This document shows, in pieces, positions 19,277 through 29,866 of a stretch of DNA of 64,000 nucleotides. Origin of the DNA: an uncultured Actinomycetes bacterium (GTDB taxonomy: Bacteria; Actinomycetota; Thermoleophilia; RBG-16-64-13); assembly GCA_963814415.1 (NCBI GenBank), contig CAWFCN010000001.1:683231-747230 (forward strand), written 5' to 3'. The notes below the pieces were generated by a model. The model was not told the DNA's origin. It worked only from the letters and a program-made list of their open reading frames with translations, and did not search any database. The position numbers and the translations under genes are program-made. The number at the start of each line of letters is the position of its first letter. The first letter of the stretch is position 1.

Positions 19277-20443
19277 CTAGTCCTGCTCGAACGCGAAGGT
19301 GAACGACAGCCCGAGTTCGTCCCGCATGGCCAAGAGCTCCTTCTTCACACTCTCGCCCACGGGGACGCCCTTGTCTTTGCGCGCCTGCCAGGCCAGGTGC
19401 TCCTTCTCGCCGCAGGTGTAGATGCGCTCTGCGCCCGGCACCTTCTTGGAAGCGCGCAGCGCCCGCAGGACGTCGCCCGCCTGCTTCTTGAAGGTCGCGA
19501 GATCGGTGAAGCACTCGATATCGATAGCCAAGAAGGAGTGTCCGATGGGGATGGGGATATCTTTGCCTTCGGCATCCTTGCCCCCCAGCCCTTTCAGGAA
19601 GGCGTTGCCGGAGAAGGCGGTCGATAGCAGTTCTACCACAGTGGCGAAGCCATAGCCCTTGTAGCCGCCCGTCTCTTCGCCGACACCCCCGATGGGAGCG
19701 AGCGCGGCGGTGCCTTTGACCAGGTCCTTGAGTATCTGCACCGAGTCGGTCTCCGACTCGCCCTCTTGGTTGATCACCAGGCCGGCGGGGCAGGGCTTGC
19801 CCTCCCGGGCCCACTGCTCGATCTTGCCGCGCTGGATGACCGAGGTGGCGTAGTCGTTGGTGAAGGCGAAGGGCTCGTCAGTCGGCATCGCGTACACGAG
19901 CGGGTTGGTGCCCAGCATGTTCTCCACGCCGAACGTGGGCGCTATCGAAGGCCGGGCGTTGGTGGTGGTCATGCCCACCATGCCCTGCTCCACAGCCATG
20001 AGCGGATAGTAGGCCGCGAAGCCGTAGTGCGTGGAGTTGCAGGCCACCACCATGCCCAGCCCGTGCTCCTTGGCCTTGTCGATGGCCATCTGCATGCAAC
20101 GCTTGCCGACGACCATGCCCATGCCGTCATGCCCGTCCACCAGGGCGGTGGCCTTGCAGTCGCGCACGACCTCGAAATCCGTCACCGGGTGCTGGATGCC
20201 GCCCTTGACTATGCGGTCGTAGTAGATAGGCTTCAGCCGGCCGACTCCGTGTGAGTCGATGCCGCGCTTGTCGGCACTTATGAGCACATCGGCGCAGATG
20301 CGCGCATCTTCCTCGGGGACGCCCACGCCTCTGAAGACGTCCACCATGAACGCCTCCATCACCTCGAAGGGCACCCAACTCACGCCTGTGTTCACCGTGA
20401 CCTCCTCGCTTGTGGGCCCCCGGATCGCCTCGACGACGGGCAC
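19277..20443 (-). CDS. Ldh family oxidoreductase (malate/L-sulfolactate dehydrogenase family 2)
   Basis: Full-length match to the Ldh_2 fold (ISADKRGIDSHGVGRL, NPLVYAMP, AxDIExFTD regions). Confidence 0.8.
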   Translation of the reverse strand: MPVVEAIRGPTSEEVTVNTGVSWVPFEVMEAFMVDVFRGVGVPEEDARICADVLISADKRGIDSHGVGRLKPIYYDRIVKGGIQHPVTDFEVVRDCKATALVDGHDGMGMVVGKRCMQMAIDKAKEHGLGMVVACNSTHYGFAAYYPLMAVEQGMVGMTTTNARPSIAPTFGVENMLGTNPLVYAMPTDEPFAFTNDYATSVIQRGKIEQWAREGKPCPAGLVINQEGESETDSVQILKDLVKGTAALAPIGGVGEETGGYKGYGFATVVELLSTAFSGNAFLKGLGGKDAEGKDIPIPIGHSFLAIDIECFTDLATFKKQAGDVLRALRASKKVPGAERIYTCGEKEHLAWQARKDKGVPVGESVKKELLAMRDELGLSFTFAFEQD

Positions 20444-20497
20444 CCGCTACTGACTGGCATACAGTACCAGACGCCGCGCGCGCCGACGCCGCGCAGT

Positions 20498-21007
20498 CTA
20501 ATGCCCGCCCAGGTCGAGATGGTCGGGCAGCGGGCTGGTGTCGGCGAACCACTGGTTCTCGCCGAACTCGGCGGAGGTGATGTCGCCCACAGGCAGCTTG
20601 ACGTAGGTCCCCTCCCCTTCCGCGGCCACTGTGCCGTCTTCCAGAAGGACCTCGCCCGTGCCCTCGAACACCCGGGCGGTGTCGCGAGTGATGCGCCCCA
20701 CCACCTTGACCTCCCGCTCCAGAGGCACCGGTTGGCGCAACCTCATGCTGAACTTGATGGTCACTCCCCAGGTATCGCCGTGGGCCGTGTTGATGGCCCT
20801 GCCTATGGTCTCGTCCAGAAGCGCTGCGATGATGCCGCCGTGCAGGCGGCCTGGATATCCCTGGTGTTCCTGCCGGGGCGTGAACACCCCCACCAACTCG
20901 CCGCTCTCAAGCACGAAGAAACGCCCGTGCAGGCCGAGCTTGTTGTCCACGCCGCAAAGAAAACACATGCGGCTTATGTTCTGAGCCGCCTCTACCTTGC
21001 GCTTCAC
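20498..21007 (-). CDS. hotdog-fold thioesterase (PaaI/4HBT-like)
   Basis: The C-terminal 156 aa show a hotdog pattern GRLHGGIIAALLDETIG...GVTIKFSMRLRQPV. A GTG start with GAGAGGA SD is proposed at 21007. The upstream part of the ORF overlaps the SDR gene and is spurious. Confidence 0.6.
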   Translation of the reverse strand: MKRKVEAAQNISRMCFLCGVDNKLGLHGRFFVLESGELVGVFTPRQEHQGYPGRLHGGIIAALLDETIGRAINTAHGDTWGVTIKFSMRLRQPVPLEREVKVVGRITRDTARVFEGTGEVLLEDGTVAAEGEGTYVKLPVGDITSAEFGENQWFADTSPLPDHLDLGGH

Positions 21008-21039
21008 GCCCCGTCCTCTCGTCGTCGGTCCGAGCGGGC

Positions 21040-21849
21040 CTAGTTCAGATCGAAGCCGCCATCGACCAGCAGCGACTGGCCGGTGACGAAATCGCTGTCG
21101 GCCGAGGCTAGGAACAAGGCAGGCCCGGCCAGGTCGTCGGCCACCTCGTTGCGCTCGCTCAAGGCTTGGCCCTTGCGGGTGGTCTCCCGCGCGGCCAGCG
21201 CCCGCTCGTCGGTCTTCTCCAGGTTCATGGCGGTGAGCGTAAAGCCCGGCACGAGAGTGTTCACCCGGATGCCATCGGGGCCCAGAGCGCGCGCCAGCGA
21301 CCGGGTCAGACCGATGACGCCGGCCTTGCCGGCCACGTAGGGCACCATCGTCGCGAGGCCCTTCCACACCGTGCTGGAGCTGACGTTGATTATCTTGCCG
21401 TAGCCCTGCGGCTTCATGTAGGGGTGGACGGCCCGGACGCAGAACCACATGCCCCGCAGGTTCACGTCCACGATGTGGTCCCATTCCTCGGTGGTCCACT
21501 GGTCGAACGGACGAGCGGTGGGACCCCCCGCGGCGCCCTTGAAGGCGCCGGCGTTGTTGACCAGGATGTCGAGGCGGCCGCCGAAGGCGGCCGCCACCTG
21601 GGCCGCGGCAGCCTTACACTGCTCGTACGAGGTGACGTCGCAGGACTGGGCGAGAGCCTCACCACCGGCGCTCGCGATCTCTTGGGCCACCAGCGCGGCA
21701 GTGGTGCTATCCGTGCTGGTCACCCCCACCTTCGCGCCTTCAGCCGCGAACCGCAGCGCGATGGAGCGCCCGATGCTGTTGGTGCCACCCGCGCCCACTA
21801 CTAGGGCTACCTTGCCTTCAAGGCGTCTGCTGCCGCCGGTCACTCCCAC
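21040..21849 (-). CDS. SDR family oxidoreductase
   Basis: GxxxGxG cofactor motif VVGAGGTNSIG, NNAG, catalytic YxxxK (YVAGK). Confidence 0.85.
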   Translation of the reverse strand: MGVTGGSRRLEGKVALVVGAGGTNSIGRSIALRFAAEGAKVGVTSTDSTTAALVAQEIASAGGEALAQSCDVTSYEQCKAAAAQVAAAFGGRLDILVNNAGAFKGAAGGPTARPFDQWTTEEWDHIVDVNLRGMWFCVRAVHPYMKPQGYGKIINVSSSTVWKGLATMVPYVAGKAGVIGLTRSLARALGPDGIRVNTLVPGFTLTAMNLEKTDERALAARETTRKGQALSERNEVADDLAGPALFLASADSDFVTGQSLLVDGGFDLN

Positions 21850-21892
21850 TCCCTTCGTCCCCTAGTGATCCAGTCCGCGACGCGACCCGCGA

Positions 21893-23059
21893 CTATTCGA
21901 AGGTCTTGGCGACACTCGCCATCTCCCTCGGGATGTCCAGCTGCTGCGGGCACTTCTCCACGCACTCCTCGCACTTGGCGCACGCGGACGCGGCGGCGCT
22001 CTGACCCGTGCGCGTCTCCATCTCGTATCCCCGGCGCTCTTCATCCACGCTGCCGAACAGCGAGGCGTCGTTCAAGAAGCCGAACATCCTGGGGATGTTG
22101 ATGCCCTGAGGGCACGGCATGCAGTATTGGCAGGCGGTGCAGTCCACCACCGTCCGCGCCTGGTAGGCCGCCCGCGCTTTGCCGATAGCCGCCGCCTCGG
22201 CAGCGCTCAGCGAGGCCGGGTAACCCTCAGAGGCAAGTGCTACGTTCTCCACCACCTGCTCCATGGTGCTCATGCCGCTCAAGAGCAGGCTCACCCGCGG
22301 ATCGTTCCAGACGAAGCGAAGCGCCCAACCCGCGGGGGTACGCTTCACCGGAGCCGCGTCCCACAGGGCCTGTATGGAGGCAGGGGGCGACGTCGCCAGA
22401 CGGCCGCCTTTGAGGGGCTCCATGACTACGACGCCCAAGCCCCGGTCGGCGGCATAGGCCAGACCGGCGGCACCCGCTTGGTACTCCATGTCCATGTAGT
22501 TGTACTGGATCTGACAGAAGTCCCAATCGTACGCATCGACGATGGGCGCGAAGGCCGGGCCTTCGTCGTGGAAAGAGAACCCGGCCAGGCGGATCTTGCC
22601 CTGCTTCTTGGCGTCGTCGAGGAACTCGAGCACTCCCAGTCCGACGAGGCGCTCGAACTGAGCGGCGTTCAACCCGTGCACCAGGTAGCAGTCTATGCGA
22701 TCGGTACGAAGCCGCTGGAGTTGCCCCTCAAGGATCTCTTCCATGCCTTTGCGAGCGTTCACCATCCAGACAGGCAGTTTGGTGGCGATAAGCACTTTGT
22801 CCCGGTGGGCGCCGGCGAGAGCCTGACCCACGAAGGGCTCGCTCGCGCCAGGCCGGCCGTCGAAGGAGACACTGTGGTACGGATAGGCCGTATCTATGTA
22901 GTTGACGCCATGGTCTACCGCGTAGTGCAGCATCTCGGTAGCCAGGGGCACGTCGATGTTGTCGTGTTGCCCATCGATGATAGGCAGGCGCATACAGCCG
23001 AACCCGAGCACGCTGACGCGCTCACCCGAGCGGCCGAAGGGACGATAGAGCATGCTCAC
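21893..23059 (-). CDS. aldo/keto reductase fused to C-terminal 4Fe-4S ferredoxin domain
   Basis: AKR TIM-barrel motifs (GFGCMRLP, IDTAYPY), then CTACQYCMPCP and CAKCEECVEKCP cluster motifs. Confidence 0.85.
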   Translation of the reverse strand: MSMLYRPFGRSGERVSVLGFGCMRLPIIDGQHDNIDVPLATEMLHYAVDHGVNYIDTAYPYHSVSFDGRPGASEPFVGQALAGAHRDKVLIATKLPVWMVNARKGMEEILEGQLQRLRTDRIDCYLVHGLNAAQFERLVGLGVLEFLDDAKKQGKIRLAGFSFHDEGPAFAPIVDAYDWDFCQIQYNYMDMEYQAGAAGLAYAADRGLGVVVMEPLKGGRLATSPPASIQALWDAAPVKRTPAGWALRFVWNDPRVSLLLSGMSTMEQVVENVALASEGYPASLSAAEAAAIGKARAAYQARTVVDCTACQYCMPCPQGINIPRMFGFLNDASLFGSVDEERRGYEMETRTGQSAAASACAKCEECVEKCPQQLDIPREMASVAKTFE

Positions 23060-23215
23060 GGTCCAGATCCTCCCATGGTCACCAGATCAGTTGTCCTGAT
23101 TTCACAGTACACCATGCCGCGGTGCCACCAAACAAGGGGCCGTGCATAAGGAACGCCTCCGCAGGGGAACAACGTCGAAAGCGCGACCATTCCTAAGGAG
23201 AAGGGGGCCACCAGC

Positions 23216-24118
23216 ATGAGACCGATCCATTCACCCGAGGACTCCGCGCGGCGCCCGCGACGGCGCCTGTTGTTCCTGTCCGCTGCGCCGCTGCTCCTGC
23301 TGCCCCTCGCGCTCTTCTCGTGCGGCGACAGTGTCAGCGACCACCCCACGGGCAAAGCCGAAGTGGTGCTCCGCGTCGAGACCGGCGGCGGTTTCGTACC
23401 CGTGGAGTACAACCTCACCCAACTGCCTAGTCTCACCCTCTACGGCGACGGCACGGTCATAGTCACCGGACCGATGATCGAGATCTATCCCCAGCCCGCG
23501 ATGCCCAACCTCCAGACAGCCACCATATCCCAGGAGGATATCGCCAAGCTGCTCAAAGCGGCCAAAGACGCCGGACTGTTCGCGAATGACGTGGACTACG
23601 GGCAACCGAACATAACCGACGTGGGCACCACCACCATCACCATCAACGCCGACGGCAAGACCTACACTTCGAGCATCTACGCCTTGGGCTTCGAGCAGAT
23701 GCCTGAAGGCGGCGCGGTAGACGGTCTTACGTCCGCGCAGGTAGGGGCCCGCAACACCGTAACGGCCTTCACGGCCAAGACCGGCGATCTGGACACCTTC
23801 TTGGGGACCACCCTCAAATGGGAGCAGTATGCCTTCACCTCGCTGGCAGTGTTCAGCCGGGTGGCCGATCCCGCCAACCCCGCCTACGACACCGCCGAGG
23901 TGCAGCCCAACAAGCTCGACTGGCCTCTGGCCGACCTCGGCACCATGGGCGAAGCGGTGCAGCCCGAGGGCTACAGAAAGGCCGTGATCACCGGCGACGA
24001 TCTGACCAAGCTCAGGCCCCTGCTGGGCCAAGCCACGCAGATATCCTTGTGGAAGTCGGGCGACCGCGAGTACTATCTATCCTTCAGGCCGCTGCTCCCC
24101 GACGAGACCGCCAAGTAG
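23216..24118 (+). CDS. lipoprotein, hypothetical, upstream of ABC-2 transporter
   Basis: Signal peptide with lipobox LFSCGD. 300 aa, no recognisable domain. Confidence 0.65.
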   Translation: MRPIHSPEDSARRPRRRLLFLSAAPLLLLPLALFSCGDSVSDHPTGKAEVVLRVETGGGFVPVEYNLTQLPSLTLYGDGTVIVTGPMIEIYPQPAMPNLQTATISQEDIAKLLKAAKDAGLFANDVDYGQPNITDVGTTTITINADGKTYTSSIYALGFEQMPEGGAVDGLTSAQVGARNTVTAFTAKTGDLDTFLGTTLKWEQYAFTSLAVFSRVADPANPAYDTAEVQPNKLDWPLADLGTMGEAVQPEGYRKAVITGDDLTKLRPLLGQATQISLWKSGDREYYLSFRPLLPDETAK

Positions 24119-24128
24119 AGGTGCGCCC

Positions 24129-25022
24129 ATGCTGTCAGCCGTACTGACCGAAGGGCTGACAAAGAGATACGGTAGCCGTGTAGGCATCGATACCCTGGAC
24201 CTGGAGGTCCGAGAGGGCGAGGTCTTCGGCTTCATCGGTCCCAACGGCGCAGGCAAGACCACTACCATCCGGTTGCTGCTGGATCTAATCCATCCGACCG
24301 GCGGCAAAGCGCAGATCCTGGGGCTGGACGCCCACAAGGACAGCGTGGCCATCCGCCGGTCGGTGGGCTATCTGCCCGGCGATTTCGGCCTGGACTCCCG
24401 CATGACCGCCCGTGAGCAGCTCTCCCATTTCGCGCGCCTTCGGGGCCTCTCCGGCCTGGGGACGACACCCGCGCTGGCAGAAAGTCTGGGGCTGGACCTG
24501 GACGTACCCACGGGGCGCCTGAGCCGCGGCAACCGCCAGAAGGTCGGCATAGTGCAGGCTCTCTTTCACGAGCCCGCTCTTCTTATCCTAGACGAGCCCA
24601 CCACCGGCCTGGACCCTCTGGTGCAGGACACGTTCCTGCAGATACTCCGCGACACCCGCGAGCAGGGTCGTACTGTGTTCCTCTCCTCGCACATCCTCTC
24701 GGAGGTAGAGCGGGTCTGCGATCGGGTGGCGATCGTGCGCGGCGGCAGGTTGGCGGCGCTGGAGACCACCGAGTCGCTGTTGGAGAAGCGCCGCAAGCGA
24801 GTGACCATGCTGTTCGACAAGCCCGTCGCCGCGGAGATCTTCGCCAAGCTGCCGGGAGTCAGCGACGTCGAAGTGCAGGGCCCCGCGGTGCGTCTGCGCC
24901 TGCGCGACGGCATCGATGCAGTGGTCAAAGAGGCTGCCCGTCACACCTTGCTGGACATGAGCGTCGTGCATCCCTCGCTTGACGAGATCTTCATGAGCTA
25001 CTACGCAGAGGAGCAGTCATGA
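24129..25022 (+). CDS. ABC transporter ATP-binding protein (ABC-2/DrrA-like)
   Basis: Walker A GPNGAGKTT, signature LSRGNRQKVGIVQAL, Walker B LILDEPTTGLD. Confidence 0.9.
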   Translation: MLSAVLTEGLTKRYGSRVGIDTLDLEVREGEVFGFIGPNGAGKTTTIRLLLDLIHPTGGKAQILGLDAHKDSVAIRRSVGYLPGDFGLDSRMTAREQLSHFARLRGLSGLGTTPALAESLGLDLDVPTGRLSRGNRQKVGIVQALFHEPALLILDEPTTGLDPLVQDTFLQILRDTREQGRTVFLSSHILSEVERVCDRVAIVRGGRLAALETTESLLEKRRKRVTMLFDKPVAAEIFAKLPGVSDVEVQGPAVRLRLRDGIDAVVKEAARHTLLDMSVVHPSLDEIFMSYYAEEQS

Positions 25023-25819
25023 CCGGCCTGAGAGAGGTCTGGGTGCTCACCGCGCAAGACCTGCGCAGACGCTGGCGGTCGATACTCATCTGGGGCATAG
25101 CCCTAGGAGCCGTGGGCGCCCTCTACGTGGCTCTCTACCCAACCATGAAGGACTTCATGGACGAGTTCGTCAAGCAGGCGCCCGAATCACTTCGCCAGTG
25201 GATGGGGGTTGCCGGCAACACCATGTCGGTGGAGCAGTGGGTGGGTATGAAGTTCCTCAATCTGTTCGTACCGGTGGCCTTGCCGTTCATGGTGATGCTC
25301 ATCGGTGCGCGCGCGGTGGCGGGCGCCGAAGAGCGCCGGTCGCTGGATCTGCTGCTCAGCAACCCCGTGCGGCGCTGGCAGGTGGTCGCCTCCTCGGTGC
25401 TGACCATGGGCATCTCCGTGATGGGCGTTCTGGTGATGACCTGGGTGCTTACCTACGTCACCGCCCCCATCGCCGGCGTGGATCTGAGTCCAGGCCTCCT
25501 GGCAGTGGCCCTTCTGGTGCTCTGGCCGTTCTGTCTGCTATTCGGCACGTTCTCGCTGTTCTTGTCCTCTGTCGTCCGCCGCTCGTTCTTGGCCACCACC
25601 ATCCCCGCCGTGGTGCTGGTACTTATGTATCTGCTCGAGTCGCTGGCCCAGTCCATCAAGTCGGTGGAACCGGCCCGCGTGTTCTCGCTCTTCTACCATC
25701 TGGGCAACGCCATAGACGGCAACATCCGCCTGCCGGCCGCCCTACTTATGCTGGCCGGGGCCTGTATCCTTACCGGTGGCGCGATAGCCGCGTTCAGCAA
25801 GAGGGACATCTACACCTAG
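25019..25819 (+). CDS. ABC-2 family transporter permease
   Basis: Six predicted TM helices. ATGA overlap with the ATPase gene. Confidence 0.8.
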   Translation: MTGLREVWVLTAQDLRRRWRSILIWGIALGAVGALYVALYPTMKDFMDEFVKQAPESLRQWMGVAGNTMSVEQWVGMKFLNLFVPVALPFMVMLIGARAVAGAEERRSLDLLLSNPVRRWQVVASSVLTMGISVMGVLVMTWVLTYVTAPIAGVDLSPGLLAVALLVLWPFCLLFGTFSLFLSSVVRRSFLATTIPAVVLVLMYLLESLAQSIKSVEPARVFSLFYHLGNAIDGNIRLPAALLMLAGACILTGGAIAAFSKRDIYT

Positions 25820-25865
25820 CATCTGCACCTAGCGGCGACCGGGAGCCGCCCGACAAGGAGAGTGA

Positions 25866-27072
25866 CATGGCCAAGGCCTGCCCCACCCCCCAGCCGCTCC
25901 GCAATGTGGTGGGCTCCGTGGTTTTGCTGACCGCGATGTTCCTCTCCACCTTCTTGGCCCGCTTCATCTTCCCGCCTCTGCTGCCCACCATGGCCGAGGA
26001 CCCCAGTCTGGCCGTCAACCCCAGCCAAGCCGGCTCGCTGTTCCTTGTCTCGGCCATCGGCTCCCTGGTGGGTTCGTTCTTGGCCGGACTCGTTTCGAGC
26101 TTCATAAAGCATCGGGGCGCTCTCCTCGTCTCAATGTTCGGCGTCGCCCTCTCGCTGGTGGGCGCCTACTTCGCCACCTCAGTCTGGGCCCTGCGAGGCG
26201 TCTTCTTGGTCATAGGCGTGCTGGTGGGAATCCACCTGCCCTCCTCGGTGGCCACCATCACCGCCACAGTGCGCAAGGAGGACTGGGGCAAAGCCCTCTC
26301 CATCCAGCAGCTGGCGCCGCCCCTCAGCCTGCTGACCGCCCCGCTACTCGCGGTACTGCTCTTGCGCTGGTTCTCCTGGAACACCACGCTCCTGTGGGTG
26401 GCAGGCCTATGCGCGCTACTGGGGTTATGGTTCCTGCTCTTCTTGGGCGGGACGGGCGCCTTCCCGGGAGATCTGCCCAACAAGGCCTCCGTCGGGCCGG
26501 TGCTCAAGACCCGGTCGTTCTGGGTGATGATCGCCCTCTTCGCTCTGGGGATGGGCGCGCAGGTGGGCGTCTACACCATGCTGCCGCTGTTCCTCACAGC
26601 GGAGCGTGACATGACTGCCGGAAGCGCCAACACCTTGCTCGGCCTGGCCAACATCGCCCCCGTGCCCATGGTGTTCGTAGCCGGTTGGCTCACTGCAAAG
26701 CTCGGTGAGAAGCGCATGATCGCCCTTGCGCTCTTGCTCACCGGAGTGGTGACCGTGCTGGTGGGAGTCCTTACAGGTGTCGCGCTCAAGGTGTGCGTGG
26801 TCTTGATGTCGGGTCTCGCCGTCTGTTTCTTCCCTCCCGCCTTTGCGGCCCTGGCCCGCATCGTCCAGCCGGTCTATCGCAGTCTGGCCACCTCCTTCTC
26901 CACGCCACTGGGCCTCCTGGTAGGCGGTGGACTCCTGCCGCTGCTGCTGGGCTACGTGGGGCAGGCGGGCCATTTCGACCTTGGTATAGTCGTCATAGGT
27001 GGGCTGGTGGCCATGGGTTCGCTGCTCACTTTCGCGCTGCGCCTGCTGGACGACCTTGAGGAGGGCTGTTGA
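25866..27072 (+). CDS. MFS transporter
   Basis: 12-TM layout. ATG at 25866 preceded by AAGGAG. The longer listed ORF from 25198 is a spurious 5' extension. Confidence 0.8.
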
Positions 27073-27539
27073 ACACCGCGCCTATGTCTCCGACTGAGGC
27101 CAAGACCGACGCCCTGGCCATGTTCACCGACCAAGGGCCGGGCCACATCAATTGCGCCCAGGCCGTGCTCCGTTTCGTTCTCTTGGTGACGGGTTCGGAT
27201 CCGGGACTCATGGCGCTTGCCAGGCAGTTCGGAGGTGGGGTAGCCGGTACGGGCGAGACCTGCGGCGCCGTGACCGGGGCCGCCCTGTCCCTCAGTCTAC
27301 GCGACTACCAGGCTGCGGAGGCCGCCGGCCCGGCCGCTTCCCGTAAGGCCCTGCAGGACTACGTGGACCGTTTCATCGCTGAGTTCGGCACGGCGCGCTG
27401 CCGCGACCTCACCGGGTTCGATTTAAGGACTGCCGAGGGACACGACGCCTTTGTCAAAGCGGGCGGCAACGAGAATTGCCGGGACTTCGTCGGCTGGATG
27501 TGCGACCAGCTACTGCCGCTGGTGAGCCCGGAGCTGTAG
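27069..27539 (+). CDS. C_GCAxxG_C_C family putative redox-active protein
   Basis: Cys spacing INCAQAV...GETCGAVTGA...ARCRD...NCRDF matches the C-GCAxxG-C-C signature. ATGA overlap with the MFS gene. Confidence 0.55.
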   Translation: MNTAPMSPTEAKTDALAMFTDQGPGHINCAQAVLRFVLLVTGSDPGLMALARQFGGGVAGTGETCGAVTGAALSLSLRDYQAAEAAGPAASRKALQDYVDRFIAEFGTARCRDLTGFDLRTAEGHDAFVKAGGNENCRDFVGWMCDQLLPLVSPEL

Positions 27540-27607
27540 CTCCGGCGCGGGGGTCGCGGGGCGCGCAGGCATGCGGCGCCACCGCGGCGCGCAGAGCGCG
27601 CCGCGCG

Positions 27608-28531
27608 TTACCCCTCCGACTCGGGGCGAGTCTCGCGGAGCGGCCAATCGTCCTTGAGCAGCCGCGACAGCGAACGGTCGGCGAGTATGCGGCCGCCCGT
27701 CTGGCATCCCGGACAGTAGTCGCATTCGTTGTCCGCATAGACGATGCGCTGTACGGTCGCTCCGCACACCGGGCAAGGTTTCCCGAAGCGCCCGTGCACG
27801 GCCATCTCCGGACGAAAGGCGGTGACGTGCTCGGGGAATCTCTCCCGAGCCTCCGCCCCCAGCCGTTCGATCCACTCGTTCAGAACAGCCCCCACAGCCG
27901 CGTGTAGCTGCTCCACCTCCAGGTCGTCCAGGGCTTGGGTCATCTTGAACGGAGACAAACCCGCGCGGTGCAGGATCTCGTCGGAGTAGGCGTTGCCTAT
28001 GCCGGACACCAGGCCGGGGTCGGTGAGCGCTCTCTTGAGTGTGTGGTTATCCTGCCGAAGGCGCGCGCCTAGTTCGGCCGGAGAAGCGCTCAGCGGCTCC
28101 AGACCGCCGCGGTCCAGCGCCCGCAGGGCATCGCCTCCGGCGACCAGGTGAAGTGAGGCCCGCCGTTTAGTCCCTGCCTCGGTGAGCAGCAGAGTGCCGG
28201 CGGAGAAGTCCAGCGCCGCCAGGCCGCGACCTTTGGGCAGGGCCGCCCCTGCCGGCTTCCAGTGCAGGCGTCCCGCGATCATGAGGTGCATGACCAGATA
28301 CCAGGGAGTGGGTAGTCCCGCCGCGGCCTCCGCGGTCGGGCCGAGCGCCAGAACGATGCGCTTGCCCAGTCGGGAGACCTCGTCCACCCGACTGCCCGCG
28401 ACAGCCGTAAGAGCAGGCACGACCGTACGGAGTACGAAGACGCTCCCCAGACGCACGCCCAGAAGCGTGGCGCCCACCACGCGCGGCCTGAGCGCTTCCA
28501 GATAGGCTTCGATGTCGGGCATCTCGGGCAT
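27608..28531 (-). CDS. Fpg/Nei family DNA glycosylase (formamidopyrimidine-DNA glycosylase-like)
   Basis: Start MPEMPDIEAY, so Pro2 and Glu3 are catalytic residues. H2TH region and C-terminal zinc finger CPVCG...CPGCQ. Confidence 0.85.
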   Translation of the reverse strand: MPEMPDIEAYLEALRPRVVGATLLGVRLGSVFVLRTVVPALTAVAGSRVDEVSRLGKRIVLALGPTAEAAAGLPTPWYLVMHLMIAGRLHWKPAGAALPKGRGLAALDFSAGTLLLTEAGTKRRASLHLVAGGDALRALDRGGLEPLSASPAELGARLRQDNHTLKRALTDPGLVSGIGNAYSDEILHRAGLSPFKMTQALDDLEVEQLHAAVGAVLNEWIERLGAEARERFPEHVTAFRPEMAVHGRFGKPCPVCGATVQRIVYADNECDYCPGCQTGGRILADRSLSRLLKDDWPLRETRPESEG

Positions 28532-28580
28532 GGCTCTCTTGCGCAGTATAGACGGGGTTCCGCCGCGGTATTCTAGGTCG

Positions 28581-29855
28581 ATGAGACTACGCGTAGCAGC
28601 TACCTGTCTGGTCCTGATGGCCGCCGTGTTCGGCACGACGGGCTGTTCGGCGCTCGAGGGCTCGGAGGCCGGAGGTCTGGAGCAACAGACCACCACCCTC
28701 GCTCCCAGCACCACGACCACTCTCTCCCAGGCTCAGGTGGCTCTGGGCGCCATGACCACCCGTCAGAAAGCGGCGCAGGTGCTGCTGCCGTCCTTCTCGG
28801 GCACTTCTCTCAGCGCCCCGACCGCGGCGTTGTTGGCCGCGGGCCCTCCCGGCGGGCTGCTCCTGCACGCCTCCAACTTCACCGGCGCGTCGCAGATGCA
28901 GCGTCTGACGGCCTCGCTGCAGCAGGCAGCCGCGGCCGCGGGGTCACCGGTGGGTCTGTTGATCGCCGTTGACCAAGAGGGCGGCCGGGTGCAGCGCATA
29001 ACACGAGGCGTGCCCGCCCTGCCGTCCCCCCGCGAACTCGGCACTGAGTCCACCCCAGACGAAACCTCCGAACTAGCGCGCCAGACGGCGCGGGGGCTGC
29101 TGGACATGGGCATCAACATGAACCTGGTCCCCGTCGCGGACGTGGTCGCCGACAAGAGCTCCTTTCTCTACGAACGCTCCTACGGGAGCGACCCGGCGCT
29201 GGTCTCGGACTTCGTCACCGCGGTCATCCAAGCGTCTCAAGGGCAAGGACTCATCTGCGTCGTCAAACACTTCCCCGGCCACGGCAGCGCCGCCGCCGAC
29301 ACCCACAACGCGTCGGCCATCTCGGAGATAGGCCGCCAAGAGTTCGAAACGGTGCATCTACCTCCGTTCCGCGCGGCCATCTCTGCAGGAGTAGAGGGAG
29401 TCATGATCTCGCATGTGAGAGTCATAACCTATGACTCGCTCGAGCCCTCTTCGTTGTCCGCCTCTGTCATCGGCGGTCTGCTCCGCGATGACCTGGGCTT
29501 CGAGGGTCTGGTGGTCGCCGACGACCTGTTCATGATCGCCGACCACCGGATCAAGGTAGAAGACAGCAGCAAGGAACCCACGCTCGTCAGGGGTCCGGCC
29601 GCGTCCGCAGCCGCCAGGATCCCCATCGAGATCGACCTTGCCATCAAGGCGCTCAACGCAGGCTGCGACCTGCTCATACTCAGCGAGGCGGAGACGAACT
29701 CCTCGGCCGTGCTCGAGGGTCTGGTCACCGCCATAGACGAGGGGAAGGTGAGCCAGGCCCGGCTGGACGAAGCCGTGCTCAAGATCCTGGATCTTAAGTA
29801 CCGCTGCGGCCTGATAGTCCAGCCCCCACCTGTGACCACCGCCGAACGACCCTAG
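28581..29855 (+). CDS. glycoside hydrolase family 3 lipoprotein (beta-N-acetylhexosaminidase NagZ-like)
   Basis: Lipobox TTGCSA, GH3 motifs KHFPGHG and catalytic D in VADDL. Confidence 0.8.
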   Translation: MRLRVAATCLVLMAAVFGTTGCSALEGSEAGGLEQQTTTLAPSTTTTLSQAQVALGAMTTRQKAAQVLLPSFSGTSLSAPTAALLAAGPPGGLLLHASNFTGASQMQRLTASLQQAAAAAGSPVGLLIAVDQEGGRVQRITRGVPALPSPRELGTESTPDETSELARQTARGLLDMGINMNLVPVADVVADKSSFLYERSYGSDPALVSDFVTAVIQASQGQGLICVVKHFPGHGSAAADTHNASAISEIGRQEFETVHLPPFRAAISAGVEGVMISHVRVITYDSLEPSSLSASVIGGLLRDDLGFEGLVVADDLFMIADHRIKVEDSSKEPTLVRGPAASAAARIPIEIDLAIKALNAGCDLLILSEAETNSSAVLEGLVTAIDEGKVSQARLDEAVLKILDLKYRCGLIVQPPPVTTAERP

Positions 29856-29866
29856 GAGACCCAGCG

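Noticed and set aside
18900-19280. Arg-rich C-terminal half of ORF 18552..19280
   Set aside because: Out-of-frame continuation after the C6 homopolymer. The authentic histidine phosphatase C-terminus is in the +1 frame (18988..19221 ORF).
25198-27072. 624-aa ORF listed for the MFS region
   Set aside because: The first 220 aa are the wrong frame across the ABC-2 permease gene. The real MFS gene starts at ATG 25866 with an AAGGAG SD.
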